A program made the position numbers and the translations under genes. Below the pieces are notes generated by a model, which was not told where the DNA came from, ran no database searches, and was given only the letters and a program-made list of their open reading frames with translations. Shown in pieces: positions 1 through 10,357 of a stretch of DNA of 64,000 nucleotides. The first letter of the stretch is position 1. Every line of letters begins with the position of its first letter. Origin of the DNA: an uncultured Candidatus Saccharibacteria bacterium. GTDB lineage: Bacteria; Patescibacteriota; Minisyncoccia; Phycocordibacterales; UBA9973. The stretch is taken from NCBI GenBank assembly GCA_964361705.1, contig CAYIBP010000003.1, positions 5,606 through 69,605 of the forward strand, in the 5' to 3' direction.

Positions 1-290
1 ATATCCGGGAAAGTTTTCAGTATTTCGTCGTATGTTATAAACCCCCTCTTCTTGCCTTTTTCTATAAGCTCGTTGGAAAGACGTGTAAATTCCTCCGCTT
101 TTTTGTCTTTCTTGCCTTTTGGTTTTTTAACATCTTTCGCTTTACTAGTCTTTCTGATCTTAGGCAACTTTTTTACCGCTTTTATTTTCTTGTGATTCTT
201 TTTTACTGCTTTTTTAGCAGGCTTTCTCAATAGCTTCTTCGTTTTCTTTATCTTTGATTTTGCAATTTTTTTGTTTTTTGTTTTCTTCAT
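1..290 (-). CDS. rpoD: RNA polymerase primary sigma factor, N-terminal part (runs off the window edge)
   Basis: Manual translation from ATG at 290: Lys-rich N-terminus then ELIEKGKKRGFITYDEILKTFPD, typical of sigma-70 region 1.1; directly downstream of dnaG. Confidence 0.85.
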   Translation of the reverse strand, partial: MKKTKNKKIAKSKIKKTKKLLRKPAKKAVKKNHKKIKAVKKLPKIRKTSKAKDVKKPKGKKDKKAEEFTRLSNELIEKGKKRGFITYDEILKTFPD

Positions 291-302
291 AAATTATTTG
301 TT

Positions 303-2060
303 TTAGCGACCGCTTTTAATATCTTCTATTTGTTTGTTAATTTCATTTATTTCTTTTAAAGTTTGCTCTGCGAGCGATACTTCTTTTTTTTCTTCCAGTT
401 CTTTAAGTTCTCGTATTTTCTTGGAAAGTTTCTCTTTTAAATCTTCTTCTTTCAGATTTCTTAGGAGCTCCATTGTATCTTTCTTCAAATCAGCTCCATC
501 TCCATAAAAAACCTCCGCTTCAAATATCAAATCTTCTTTATTGCTTTCCGCTTTATTAAAAATGGTTGATTCATCTTTGCCTAAAATGACTGTCAATTCT
601 CTCAACAGACTCTCAACATCAAAGCTTTGATTGTTCAAACTTTTTTGCCAAAAAACAATACCAAGCAATCTGTTCAAAATATAGTCTTTCCTGAAAAATG
701 CACTTCTACTGCTTTTGGCTTGTTCGATCTCATCTTTCTCTGTTTTTGATTCTTTTTCAATTTTTGACAGGTCTTCTCTTAAATCCTCCCCCCTTATCTG
801 CGATGCGTCGCTTATCTTGCGCAAAAAATCCGCTTTCTCTATTCTGCTTTCAAGCGCATTCACATAAGGCAACACTCTTTCTTTTATAGCTCTGCCCGCC
901 TTGCGAGTATCATTTTTATATTCGTTTAAAACTTTCTCTAAGAAAAATTCTATTATGTGTTTTGACTCTCTAATAGCAGAGCGCCAAGCATCAACTCCAT
1001 TCTTTGAGATCAAATCTGCCGGATCCACGCCTTCTTGCATGGAAGCAACTTTTACATCCATACCCAAAGACAAGGCGATCTTGCCAGCGCGAGCAGAAGC
1101 ATTCACCCCGGCTCGGTCAGCGTCAAATGCAAGTACGATGTTCTCTGAAAGTCGGCGAAGCAATCCTAAATTTGAAACTACATTTTCTTTTGAAACAAGA
1201 GCATCAGAAAGCGCTGTACCAGAAGTCGCTACTGTATTTTTAAACCCAGCCTGATGCGACAATACCAAATCCATCTGACCTTCAACCAAAATAGAAAAAT
1301 TATTCCTGCGAATTGAGTCTTTTGCTTTGTGAAGACCGTACAACACGGCAGATTTATTGAAAATGGGGGTATCCGGACTGTTGAGGTATTTAGCGGACTT
1401 ACCATCATCTTCAAAAATCCTGCCAGAAAAAGCAATAATGCGTCCGCTAGAGTCAGAGATAGGAAACATAATTCTTCCTCTAAATCTATCGTAGAATCCT
1501 TTTTCAGATTTCTTTGCAAGTCCCGCCTTTTCTATTTCCACATCCGTAAAACCCTTTTTCTGCAGATGAACGAGCAACAGCCTCCAATCGTTTTTTATAA
1601 AACCTATTCTAAAATCCTTGATTGTTTTTTCTTCTAGACCTCTTTTTTGCAAATATTCTAGAATTTCTTTGTTGTTTTCCAAACCCTGCTCAAAGAACAA
1701 ACACGCTTCTTCCATAGACTTGTACAACCTTTCTTTTTCGCTCTCTTTTTCTTTAGAGAATTCACCCAATACGACACCCGCTCTTTCTGCAAGCAACTTC
1801 AAAGCACCTTTAAAATCAAGGCCTTCGAATTCCTGCACAAAAGAAAAGATATCTCCTTTTGCGGCACAACCGAAACAATAATAACTACCTCGATCTGAAG
1901 ATACAAAAAAGGATGGTGTCTTTTCGTTGTGAAAAGGGCATCTGGCTTTGAAATTTATGCCTGATTTTTCAAGCTTTACATATGAAGATATAACCTCCTC
2001 AATAGAAAGTCTCTCTTTGATCTGCGAGACAGGAGAATTTGCTCCATTGTAAATTTTCAT
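303..2060 (-). CDS. dnaG: DNA primase
   Basis: CHC2 zinc finger CPFHNEKTPSF...CFGC, KYLNSPDT, TOPRIM VEGQMD and FDADRAG. Confidence 0.98.
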   Translation of the reverse strand: MKIYNGANSPVSQIKERLSIEEVISSYVKLEKSGINFKARCPFHNEKTPSFFVSSDRGSYYCFGCAAKGDIFSFVQEFEGLDFKGALKLLAERAGVVLGEFSKEKESEKERLYKSMEEACLFFEQGLENNKEILEYLQKRGLEEKTIKDFRIGFIKNDWRLLLVHLQKKGFTDVEIEKAGLAKKSEKGFYDRFRGRIMFPISDSSGRIIAFSGRIFEDDGKSAKYLNSPDTPIFNKSAVLYGLHKAKDSIRRNNFSILVEGQMDLVLSHQAGFKNTVATSGTALSDALVSKENVVSNLGLLRRLSENIVLAFDADRAGVNASARAGKIALSLGMDVKVASMQEGVDPADLISKNGVDAWRSAIRESKHIIEFFLEKVLNEYKNDTRKAGRAIKERVLPYVNALESRIEKADFLRKISDASQIRGEDLREDLSKIEKESKTEKDEIEQAKSSRSAFFRKDYILNRLLGIVFWQKSLNNQSFDVESLLRELTVILGKDESTIFNKAESNKEDLIFEAEVFYGDGADLKKDTMELLRNLKEEDLKEKLSKKIRELKELEEKKEVSLAEQTLKEINEINKQIEDIKSGR

Positions 2061-2108
2061 AAATTATTTTGAGTTACAAAGGCGAACTATTTCGTAATCC
2101 AAAGTATA

Positions 2109-5100
2109 TTATTCTTCTGTATTCCCTGTTTTAAAACCAGTACCCACCGGTATAAGTCGTCCGATGATAACGTTTTCCTTTAGTCCTCTCAAAGAATCTA
2201 TACCACCTTTTACAGCGTTCTCTATCAAAACACGGTTTGTGTTTTGGAAAGAAGCGGCAGAAAGCCAACTCTTGGTGCGAAGAGAAACTTCAGTTATACC
2301 AAGCACTATAATTTCTGCTTTTGCTTCTTTCAAACCTTCTTTTTCTACTCTTTGATTTTCTTCTATAAGAGCGGTATTTTCAATTATGTCTCCTATTGAG
2401 AAATTTGTTTCTCCTGCTTCTTTTACCTTTCTACGAGAAAACATTTGGCGCACGATGATCTCTGTGTGTTTTCTGGAAATAGAAGCACTTTGCAATTCGT
2501 ACACTTTGTTTATTTCACGAATAATGTATTCTTCTACCATTTCTTTTGTGCCAAGACTAAACATTTCAGCAATATCTGCGGAGCCATCAGTTAGGAGTTC
2601 ACCCTTCTTGACCTTCTGTCCAACCTTTACGATAGGAGTTCTACGAAAAGCGACGGTGTATTCTATTTCATTGGATTTGTTGCCCTTTACAGGATCGTCT
2701 GCCAAGATTTTGATAACTTTTTCTTTAGCGCTTAATTGCCCGTCCACCAAAACCTTTTCTTTAATTTCAAAGACTTCCCCGTCAACTTCAGAAATCACGG
2801 CAGAATTTTTAGGAGTTCTTCTTTCGAATATTTCCTCAACACGAGGCAAACCCGTGGTGATATCGGCACCCGCCACGCCTCCAGCGTGGAATGTACGCAA
2901 AGTAAGCTGTGTACCCGGCTCACCTATGGCTTGCGCGGCGATGATTCCCACAGCTTCACCAAGATTAACCATGTGGTTTCTTCCAAGATCAAGACCATAA
3001 CACATCTGACAAATTCCGTGCGTGGTTCTACAGGTCAAAGGAGATCTGACGAATACTTCCTCAAAACCAGCACCTTCGATATTACGAGCTTCTTCTTTGG
3101 TTACTAAGAAGCCCTTCTTGTAGATAGTCTTGCCGTCTGTGTCTTTCAAATCGCCGGCAAGTACTCTTCCGGAAATATTTTTAGCTAGTGGTATTTCAAT
3201 ACCGGAAATGTTTTCTTTTGTAACTACCTTGCCTTCTTTTGTACCGCAATCTTCTTCTGTGATCACAACATCTTGCGACACATCCACAAGTCTGCGAGTC
3301 AAATAACCCGCCTTTGCAGTGTTAAGAGCTGTGTCTGAAGCTCCTTTACGAGCACCGTGAGTGGTAACGAAATATTCAATAGGAGAAAGTCCTTCTTGAT
3401 AACATGGAATGATCGGAAACTCTAAAGTCTTACCCTGGTTATTCTGAATCAGACCTTTCATACCCGTCATCTGAATAAGTGAAGTCATCGTGCCTCTCGC
3501 GCCTGAAGTAAAAAGATCATAAGTAGAGCCATTCTTGTCTAGAGTCTTTGGCAAAACCTTTTCCAATTCTTTCTTGGATTGAGTCCAGATCTCTATAATC
3601 TTCTGATATCTTTCTTCTTCGGAAAGAAGACCGTCGTTCCATTCGTTGATTATTTTTGCTTCTAACTTTCTGCCATTTTCTATAATGCTTTCTTTCTCTA
3701 TTGGAACTTTCACATTATCAAGACCCCAAGTCGTGCCTGAAAATGTCGCGTACTTGAAACCGAAATTCTTTATCTTGTCCAATATTGGAGGAGTATTATC
3801 CACACCATAATGTACGATAAGCTCGTCAAGCAAAGCGGACAACCTCTTTTGTGTCATTTCATCACTGATATAAGGAAAGTCACTGGGCAATACACTATTG
3901 AATAACAATTTACCTACAGAGGTTTCAAACATTTGTTCATCAAACTTTTTATATTTAACATTTTTAGTAGCCAAAACTTTTATCTTTGCTCGAAAAGCCA
4001 CAATCCCATATTCGTATGCTGTAATAGCTGCATTTGGACTAGAAAAATATTTTCCTTCACCTTTTTCTCCTTCCACATTCTTGGTCATCCAATAAGAACC
4101 AAGCACCACATCTTTACTAGGATGCACTATAGGATCTCCGTTCTGTGGCTTCAAGAGATTTTTATTTGAAGCCATTAAATTTTTAGCTTCTGCTTGCGCT
4201 TCTTCTAAAAGAGGCACATATACAGCCATCTGGTCTCCGTCGAAGTCTGCATTGAACGCCTGACAAACAAGTGGATGCACTTGGATCGCATTGCCTTCTA
4301 TGAGGATAGGATTGAATGCTTGAATACCTAGTCTGTGCAAAGTAGGCGCGCGGTTCAACAAGACATACTTGCCTTTTATTACTTCTTCAAGCATAGCCCA
4401 GACTTCTGGAGTGCGTTCTTCGATAAGCTTGTTTGCGCCACGGATATTGAAAGCAAGCTCGGCCTGCAAAATTTTTGAAATTACAAAAGGTCTGAAAAGC
4501 TCCAAAGCCATATGTTTCGGAAGTCCGCATTGATTCAAAGCAAGTTCGGGACCGACAACAATCACAGAACGACCAGAATAATCAACACGTTTACCGAGAA
4601 GGTTCTGACGGAAAAGACCTTGTTTTGATTTCAAGTTGTCTGAAAGAGATTTCAACGGCCTTTTTTGAGACTGACTCATCGCCGCACTTTCGTTTTGTTT
4701 TGCTATTGAATTGTCTATCAAAGCATCTACCGCCTCCTGAATAATTCTTTTTTCATTTCTCAAAATAACATCCGGTGCATTTATTTCTTTGAGTTTTTTC
4801 AAACGATTATTTCTGTTTATTACTCTTCTGTAAAGATCGTTCAAATCTGAAGTGGCGTGTCGTCCTCCATCAAGAGCGACCATCGGGCGAAGCACTGGAG
4901 GAATGACAGGGATCGCAGTCAAGAACATCCATTCTGGTCTGATATCCGCATAGATCATGGCTCGTATTAGAGATAATCTTTTTTGAATTTTTTCTTTTTC
5001 TATGGAACTTGCCTTCTCGGATATCTTTTCTATATGGGATTTTAGTTTCTCCAAGTCCAAATTCTTGAATATGGAATAGATAGCTTCTGCGCCGATACTA

Positions 5101-5732
5101 GCTTCAAAACATGTGCCATATTTCAAAGAATAGTGATGAAAAGAAAATTCATTCAACACTTTGCCTTCATATATTTCTTGTATTTCTTTTTTTGTATTTG
5201 AGAATAGCTCTTTTAGTCTTTCACGAGTCTCATCGTCAGCAGAATTTTTAAACTTTGCCTTGTATTCTCTTTCTAGATTCTCTATAACAGAAGTTTTCTC
5301 TTCTTCATGAACTTTTGTAATGATGTATCCGGCAAAATATATAACCTTCTCTAAGTCCGAGACTGGAATATTTAAAAGAATACTCATCCTAGAAGGTACG
5401 CCTCGTAGGAACCAGATATGAGCCACAGGAGTAGCGAGTTCTATATGTCCCATCCTCTCTCGTCTGACTATGGAACGAGTCACTTCCACTCCGCATTTCT
5501 CACAGATGATATCCTTATATCGAATACGGCGATATTTTCCACAATAACATTCATAGTCTTTTTCTGGACCGAAGATCTTTTCATCAAAGAGACCTCCGCG
5601 TTCTGACCTACCAGTGCGATAGTTTATAGTTTCGGGCTTTGTTACTTCTCCATACGACCATTCTTTGATTTGGTCCGGAGATGCGAGACGGAGTGAGATG
5701 TGATCAAAGTCTGTTTTGTTTAATGTTTTCAT
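2109..5732 (-). CDS. rpoC: RNA polymerase beta' subunit
   Basis: NADFDGD catalytic motif, N-terminal zinc finger, GEPGTQLTLRTFH. Confidence 0.99.
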   Translation of the reverse strand: MKTLNKTDFDHISLRLASPDQIKEWSYGEVTKPETINYRTGRSERGGLFDEKIFGPEKDYECYCGKYRRIRYKDIICEKCGVEVTRSIVRRERMGHIELATPVAHIWFLRGVPSRMSILLNIPVSDLEKVIYFAGYIITKVHEEEKTSVIENLEREYKAKFKNSADDETRERLKELFSNTKKEIQEIYEGKVLNEFSFHHYSLKYGTCFEASIGAEAIYSIFKNLDLEKLKSHIEKISEKASSIEKEKIQKRLSLIRAMIYADIRPEWMFLTAIPVIPPVLRPMVALDGGRHATSDLNDLYRRVINRNNRLKKLKEINAPDVILRNEKRIIQEAVDALIDNSIAKQNESAAMSQSQKRPLKSLSDNLKSKQGLFRQNLLGKRVDYSGRSVIVVGPELALNQCGLPKHMALELFRPFVISKILQAELAFNIRGANKLIEERTPEVWAMLEEVIKGKYVLLNRAPTLHRLGIQAFNPILIEGNAIQVHPLVCQAFNADFDGDQMAVYVPLLEEAQAEAKNLMASNKNLLKPQNGDPIVHPSKDVVLGSYWMTKNVEGEKGEGKYFSSPNAAITAYEYGIVAFRAKIKVLATKNVKYKKFDEQMFETSVGKLLFNSVLPSDFPYISDEMTQKRLSALLDELIVHYGVDNTPPILDKIKNFGFKYATFSGTTWGLDNVKVPIEKESIIENGRKLEAKIINEWNDGLLSEEERYQKIIEIWTQSKKELEKVLPKTLDKNGSTYDLFTSGARGTMTSLIQMTGMKGLIQNNQGKTLEFPIIPCYQEGLSPIEYFVTTHGARKGASDTALNTAKAGYLTRRLVDVSQDVVITEEDCGTKEGKVVTKENISGIEIPLAKNISGRVLAGDLKDTDGKTIYKKGFLVTKEEARNIEGAGFEEVFVRSPLTCRTTHGICQMCYGLDLGRNHMVNLGEAVGIIAAQAIGEPGTQLTLRTFHAGGVAGADITTGLPRVEEIFERRTPKNSAVISEVDGEVFEIKEKVLVDGQLSAKEKVIKILADDPVKGNKSNEIEYTVAFRRTPIVKVGQKVKKGELLTDGSADIAEMFSLGTKEMVEEYIIREINKVYELQSASISRKHTEIIVRQMFSRRKVKEAGETNFSIGDIIENTALIEENQRVEKEGLKEAKAEIIVLGITEVSLRTKSWLSAASFQNTNRVLIENAVKGGIDSLRGLKENVIIGRLIPVGTGFKTGNTEE

Positions 5733-5771
5733 AATTTTTTAATTTATTTATTAATTCATTAATCTTACTTT

Positions 5772-8700
5772 TTATTTTTCTTCCGAGAACTTCTTCAAAT
5801 TCACATCAAGCGCAAGTCCTCGCAAGTAATTAAGCAAAACATTAAACGAAGCTGGCGAATTTGGCGCCTTGATCGCTTCGTTCTTGATAATAGAATCAAA
5901 AGTAGCGGATCGACCCATAATGTCATCTGATTTTATAGTTAGCATTTCACGCAACGTATAAGCAGCGCCGTATCCTTCGAGTGCCCAGACTTCCATTTCT
6001 CCAAATCTCTGTCCTCCGCCTTGAGCTTTTCCTCCAAGTGGTTGCTGAGTGATGAGCGAATACGGACCGATGGAACGCATGTGAATTTTGTCTTCTACCA
6101 TGTGGTGTAATTTGAGCATGTACATATATCCCACTGCCACATCTTGCGCAAAAGGTTCACCTGTACGTCCGTCGAAGAGTTTGAGTTTACCATTCTCTGG
6201 AAGTCCAGCTTTCTTAAGTTCTTCTTTGATCTCTTCGTGTTTCGCGCCTAGAAATGGAGGTACTATCGCTTGATAACCTAAAGCTTCTGCCGCCATTCCA
6301 AGGTGTATTTCCAAAATCTGTCCCAAGTTCATACGAGAAGGCACACCAAGTGGTGAAAGTATTATATCAACAGGAGTACCGTCAGCATCGTAAGGCATAT
6401 CTTCTTCTGGAAGGATTTTTGAAATAACACCCTTGTTGCCGTGTCTTCCAGAAAGTTTGTCTCCGACGGAAATATTTCTAATCTGCGCAACTTCAACCAC
6501 TATCTTTTTTATTATTCCCGCTTCAAGAGTATGTCCTAGATCACGAGAAAATATTTTGACTCCTATTATGCGTCCGCGCTTGCCGTGCTCCATGCGAAGT
6601 GATGTGTCCTTCACATCACGAGCTTTCTCGGCAAAGATTGATCTTAGAAGTCTTTCTTCTGGAGTGAGCTCTGTTTCGCCTTTGGGAGTGATTTTCCCAA
6701 TCAAAATATCATTTTCTCTTACCTCCGCGCCTATGCGCACTATTCCATCTTCATCAAGATCTTTCAATTTCAACTCTCCGACATTTGGTATGTCGCGAGT
6801 TGTAACTTCCGGACCAAGTTTTGTATCGCGTACAGTACAAACGAATTCTTCTACATAAATACTTGTGAACTTGCTCTTTTTTACAAGTCTTTCCGATAAA
6901 ATAATCGCGTCTTCATAGTTAAAACCAAACCAAGACAGAAACGCAACCCTTACATTTTGTCCTATTGCTATCTGCCCATCCACGGTGCTTGTGTTATCAG
7001 CTAAAACATCGCCTTTCTTTATTTTCTGTCCTACAGATACGATAGGTCTTTGATGCAAGGCGGAAAAATTGTTATTCCTCAAAAAGTTTACAAAATTATA
7101 TGTTTTTTCTTTATCTCCTTTTACTACTGCTTTTTTAGCATCTAGATAAGTCACCACACCGTCTTCTGTGGCGATGACCATTCTGCCTCCATCTCTTGAA
7201 GCGAGCGATTCGATACCTGTCGCGACCAAGGGTGCTTCAGGCAAAATACATGGTACAGCTTGTTTCTGCATGTTTGATCCCATCAGTGCGCGATTCGCAT
7301 CATTGTGTTCCAAGAAAGGAATCATGGAAGTACCTATCGAAAAGGCCTGATTCGCGGCTACATCTATGAAATCCACTTGATCTCGAGCGATAGTGCCTGC
7401 TTCTGTTTTAACTCTAGCCGCCACTCGATCTTCAGTAATTTTGCCATTTTCATCATAAATAACTCCCGCGTGAGCAATGTTGTATTTTTCTTCTTCTAGA
7501 GCGTTTAAGTATTGGACTTCTCCTGTAATTTTGCCGTTTTTGACTTTGACATAAGGGGTTTCGATGATTCCAAAATCATTTATTTTTGCGTATGTGGCAA
7601 GGTGAAGAATAAGACCGATGTTAGGACCTTCAGGAGTGTGTATAGGACATACTCTTCCATAGTGCGAAGGATGCACGTCGCGTACTTCAAGACCGGCTCG
7701 CTCTCGTGTCAAACCTCCGGGTCCCAAGGTAGAAAGTGTTCGCAGATGTTCCATTTCGCCGAGAACATTCTCCTGCATCATGAATTGCGAAAGCTGGTTG
7801 GTAGTGAAAAATTCTTTAATGCGAGCCTGAAGAGGACGCTGGTTTATGATGTGTATCGGCAAAGCAGTATCTACATCTATGATAGACATTCTGTCTTGAA
7901 TATTCCTTTTGATCTGCATCATACCAGTGCGAACCTTTTGCTGGAGCATTTCACCTACAAATCTGACTCGCCTTTGACCCAAATGGTCTATATCGTCAGC
8001 CTTTGCCCCTGGAGTGTTATTAAGAGAAATTACATGTTTGAGGATAACCGCCACATCATCTTTTGAGATAGTACGGCGAGCAAGTTCAGCTTCTTCTAAA
8101 GGCTTACTGAATCTTTGATTGAATCTATATCTACCTACTGGAGAAATATCATATCTTTCAGAAGTAAACAACGAATCTATAAACTCCTTTGCGTTTTCAG
8201 CAGTAGCCAAATCTCCGTCTCTTAGACGCTTATAAACTTCTATGTACGCGTCGTTCAAAGTCTTCGCTGTGTCTTTGGCAATACAAGCTTCTATCGCCTT
8301 TTTATAATCAATACCGTCAGTGGATTTCTCAAAGGCTTTCAACAGATTATCATCTGTATGATAACCCATGACTCTAAGAAGCGAAGTTGCAGAGAATTTT
8401 CTTTTTTTATCAATTCTTATATAAATGTTTCCATCACTGTCGGATTCTATTTCTATCCAAACTCCGCGAGCTGGAATAATCTTTGCTCCAAAATATTTCT
8501 TGCCTTTATTTTCAGATTCCGTAAAAAAAACTCCGAAAGAACGAGCAAGCTGTGGAACGATAATTCTCTCTACGCCATTTATAATGAAAGTGCCGTGAGG
8601 AGTCATAAGCGGAAGCTCTGACATGAATATTTCTTGTTCCTTTACTGTGCCCAATATTTTATTCTTAAGCTTTACACGAGCCTTCAACAAACCCTGATAT

Positions 8701-8948
8701 GAGAGTTTGTTGACCTTTGCATGAAGTTCATCACAATTCGGCTCACTCAAAGAGAAAGAAGTGAATTCAAGTTCAAACTTCTTGCCGAAATAATCAACAA
8801 TCGGCGAGAATTCTTTAAAAACTTCTTTTATTCCATCTTCCACGAGCCACTTGAAAGATTTTACTTGCGCTTCTATAAGATTAGGAAACTCTATCAAGGG
8901 TTTTTTATACCTTGAAAAATATTTCTTCGGACGCTTTTCTGTTTGCAT
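5772..8948 (-). CDS. rpoB: RNA polymerase beta subunit (short, 1058 aa)
   Basis: GDKLSGRHGNKG, GGQRFGEMEVWALE, RALMGSNMQ motifs. Confidence 0.99.
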   Translation of the reverse strand: MQTEKRPKKYFSRYKKPLIEFPNLIEAQVKSFKWLVEDGIKEVFKEFSPIVDYFGKKFELEFTSFSLSEPNCDELHAKVNKLSYQGLLKARVKLKNKILGTVKEQEIFMSELPLMTPHGTFIINGVERIIVPQLARSFGVFFTESENKGKKYFGAKIIPARGVWIEIESDSDGNIYIRIDKKRKFSATSLLRVMGYHTDDNLLKAFEKSTDGIDYKKAIEACIAKDTAKTLNDAYIEVYKRLRDGDLATAENAKEFIDSLFTSERYDISPVGRYRFNQRFSKPLEEAELARRTISKDDVAVILKHVISLNNTPGAKADDIDHLGQRRVRFVGEMLQQKVRTGMMQIKRNIQDRMSIIDVDTALPIHIINQRPLQARIKEFFTTNQLSQFMMQENVLGEMEHLRTLSTLGPGGLTRERAGLEVRDVHPSHYGRVCPIHTPEGPNIGLILHLATYAKINDFGIIETPYVKVKNGKITGEVQYLNALEEEKYNIAHAGVIYDENGKITEDRVAARVKTEAGTIARDQVDFIDVAANQAFSIGTSMIPFLEHNDANRALMGSNMQKQAVPCILPEAPLVATGIESLASRDGGRMVIATEDGVVTYLDAKKAVVKGDKEKTYNFVNFLRNNNFSALHQRPIVSVGQKIKKGDVLADNTSTVDGQIAIGQNVRVAFLSWFGFNYEDAIILSERLVKKSKFTSIYVEEFVCTVRDTKLGPEVTTRDIPNVGELKLKDLDEDGIVRIGAEVRENDILIGKITPKGETELTPEERLLRSIFAEKARDVKDTSLRMEHGKRGRIIGVKIFSRDLGHTLEAGIIKKIVVEVAQIRNISVGDKLSGRHGNKGVISKILPEEDMPYDADGTPVDIILSPLGVPSRMNLGQILEIHLGMAAEALGYQAIVPPFLGAKHEEIKEELKKAGLPENGKLKLFDGRTGEPFAQDVAVGYMYMLKLHHMVEDKIHMRSIGPYSLITQQPLGGKAQGGGQRFGEMEVWALEGYGAAYTLREMLTIKSDDIMGRSATFDSIIKNEAIKAPNSPASFNVLLNYLRGLALDVNLKKFSEEK

Positions 8949-9131
8949 ATTTTATGATTAAACCAGAAGAAAGCCAAAACAAAGAAAGCAAAGAAAAACA
9001 AAAAAGACATAGAAACTTGCTTTTCTTTAATTTCTTTTGTGGCTAACTTCGGATAATGTTATTTAATGCTTATTTTAAAGCTTATAATAATCTAGGATTG
9101 CATCCGATACTCAATCAATGAATCTCAAAAT

Positions 9132-9160
9132 AGCCTACTCTTTTACAATCTTTTTGTCAA
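9132..9160 (-). promoter_or_regulatory. sigma70-type promoter for rpoBC
   Basis: TTGACA (9160-9155), 17-nt spacer, TAGGCT (9137-9132). Confidence 0.6.
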
Positions 9161-9161
9161 A

Positions 9162-9863
9162 TCAAGGCTGTGGATTGTCTCTTTTTTTCCACTCCTCTAT
9201 TTTTTTATGATTACCAGAAAGGAGGACTTTGGGAACTTTATGATTTTTGTTTTTATATCTTAAAACTTCTGGACGAGTATATACTTCGCTTGATGAAATA
9301 CGCTCTTCTTCAAGAGATTCAATCTTACCTAAAACTCCAGGCAACTGGCGAGAAACACAATCGAGCAGTATCATGGCGGGCAATTCACCACCTGTAACCA
9401 CATAGTCCCCTATCGAGATCTTTTTTGTTTTTAAAATTTTATCCACTCGCGCATCTATGCCTTCGTACCTGCCACAGATCAAAATAATATCTGTATATTT
9501 TTTTGAGATTTTTTTGGCAAAACTCGTAGTAAACTTTTCGGCGTTTGGAATGAAATTGATAGTTAAAATTTTTACTTGTTTTGTTCTGTTAGTAATATTT
9601 TTTAATTTTGAAATTTTTTTTAGAGCCTGCTCATAAGCCTTTATGATCGGTTCCGCACACATTACCATACCCGGACCTCCGCCATAAGGTTTGTCGTCCA
9701 CCGGCTTATACCCATTTTTACTCTTTGTCTTGTCCTTTACAAAATCTCTAGGGTTATAAAAAGACACAGAGATTGTTTTGTTTTTAATGGCGCGACCCAC
9801 AATAGACTCGTCCAAATACGAGCTAAAAATTTCGGGAAAGATTGTAATAATATGAAAATTCAT
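9162..9863 (-). CDS. trmD: tRNA (guanine-N1)-methyltransferase
   Basis: DDKPYGGGPGMVM, CGRYEGID, SIGDYVVTGGE. Confidence 0.97.
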   Translation of the reverse strand: MNFHIITIFPEIFSSYLDESIVGRAIKNKTISVSFYNPRDFVKDKTKSKNGYKPVDDKPYGGGPGMVMCAEPIIKAYEQALKKISKLKNITNRTKQVKILTINFIPNAEKFTTSFAKKISKKYTDIILICGRYEGIDARVDKILKTKKISIGDYVVTGGELPAMILLDCVSRQLPGVLGKIESLEEERISSSEVYTRPEVLRYKNKNHKVPKVLLSGNHKKIEEWKKRDNPQP

Positions 9864-9871
9864 AAAAAGAA

Positions 9872-9899
9872 AAACCGTGACATCAATATATCACGGTTT
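9872..9899 (-). terminator. stem-loop between khpA and trmD
   Basis: AAACCGTGA...TCACGGTTT inverted repeat followed by a T-rich run on the minus strand. Confidence 0.45.
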
Positions 9900-9909
9900 C
9901 TTCTTTTTA

Positions 9910-10245
9910 TTAAATACCTTTCAAGTCCTCCATCGCCTGATCAACAGTCTTCATGCTCATATCGTTTCCCATACTTGGGTTTTGAGGTCTCATGCCACCC
10001 TCTGGTTCGTTGATCTTTAGATTCACACGAGCGTTGTTCTTCATACCTATAATGCGAAGGAGTGTGCGAATAGCCTTTGCTGTATTGCCCATCCTTCCGA
10101 TGATCTTACCCATATCGGCTGGGTTGACTGTGAGACTGATGAGTACCCCCATCTCGTCTACTGTGCGATCCAACTTTACATCATTTGGATTATCTACCAA
10201 TGCCTTTACTATATATTCTAAAAATTCTTTATCAGCGTCATGCAT
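9910..10245 (-). CDS. khpA: KH-domain RNA-binding protein (KhpA/YlqC family)
   Basis: DMGKIIGRMGNTAKAIR GxxG motif; located between rpsP and trmD. Confidence 0.9.
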   Translation of the reverse strand: MHDADKEFLEYIVKALVDNPNDVKLDRTVDEMGVLISLTVNPADMGKIIGRMGNTAKAIRTLLRIIGMKNNARVNLKINEPEGGMRPQNPSMGNDMSMKTVDQAMEDLKGI

Positions 10246-10357
10246 AGTGTTTCAGATTAATTAATTTTAAATTTTTAATGTTCGATCTACCAACGAAAAC
10301 AGTTTTGATACGACCCCAAAACATCACTTCCATTAGTATGAGTATAATTATATATTA

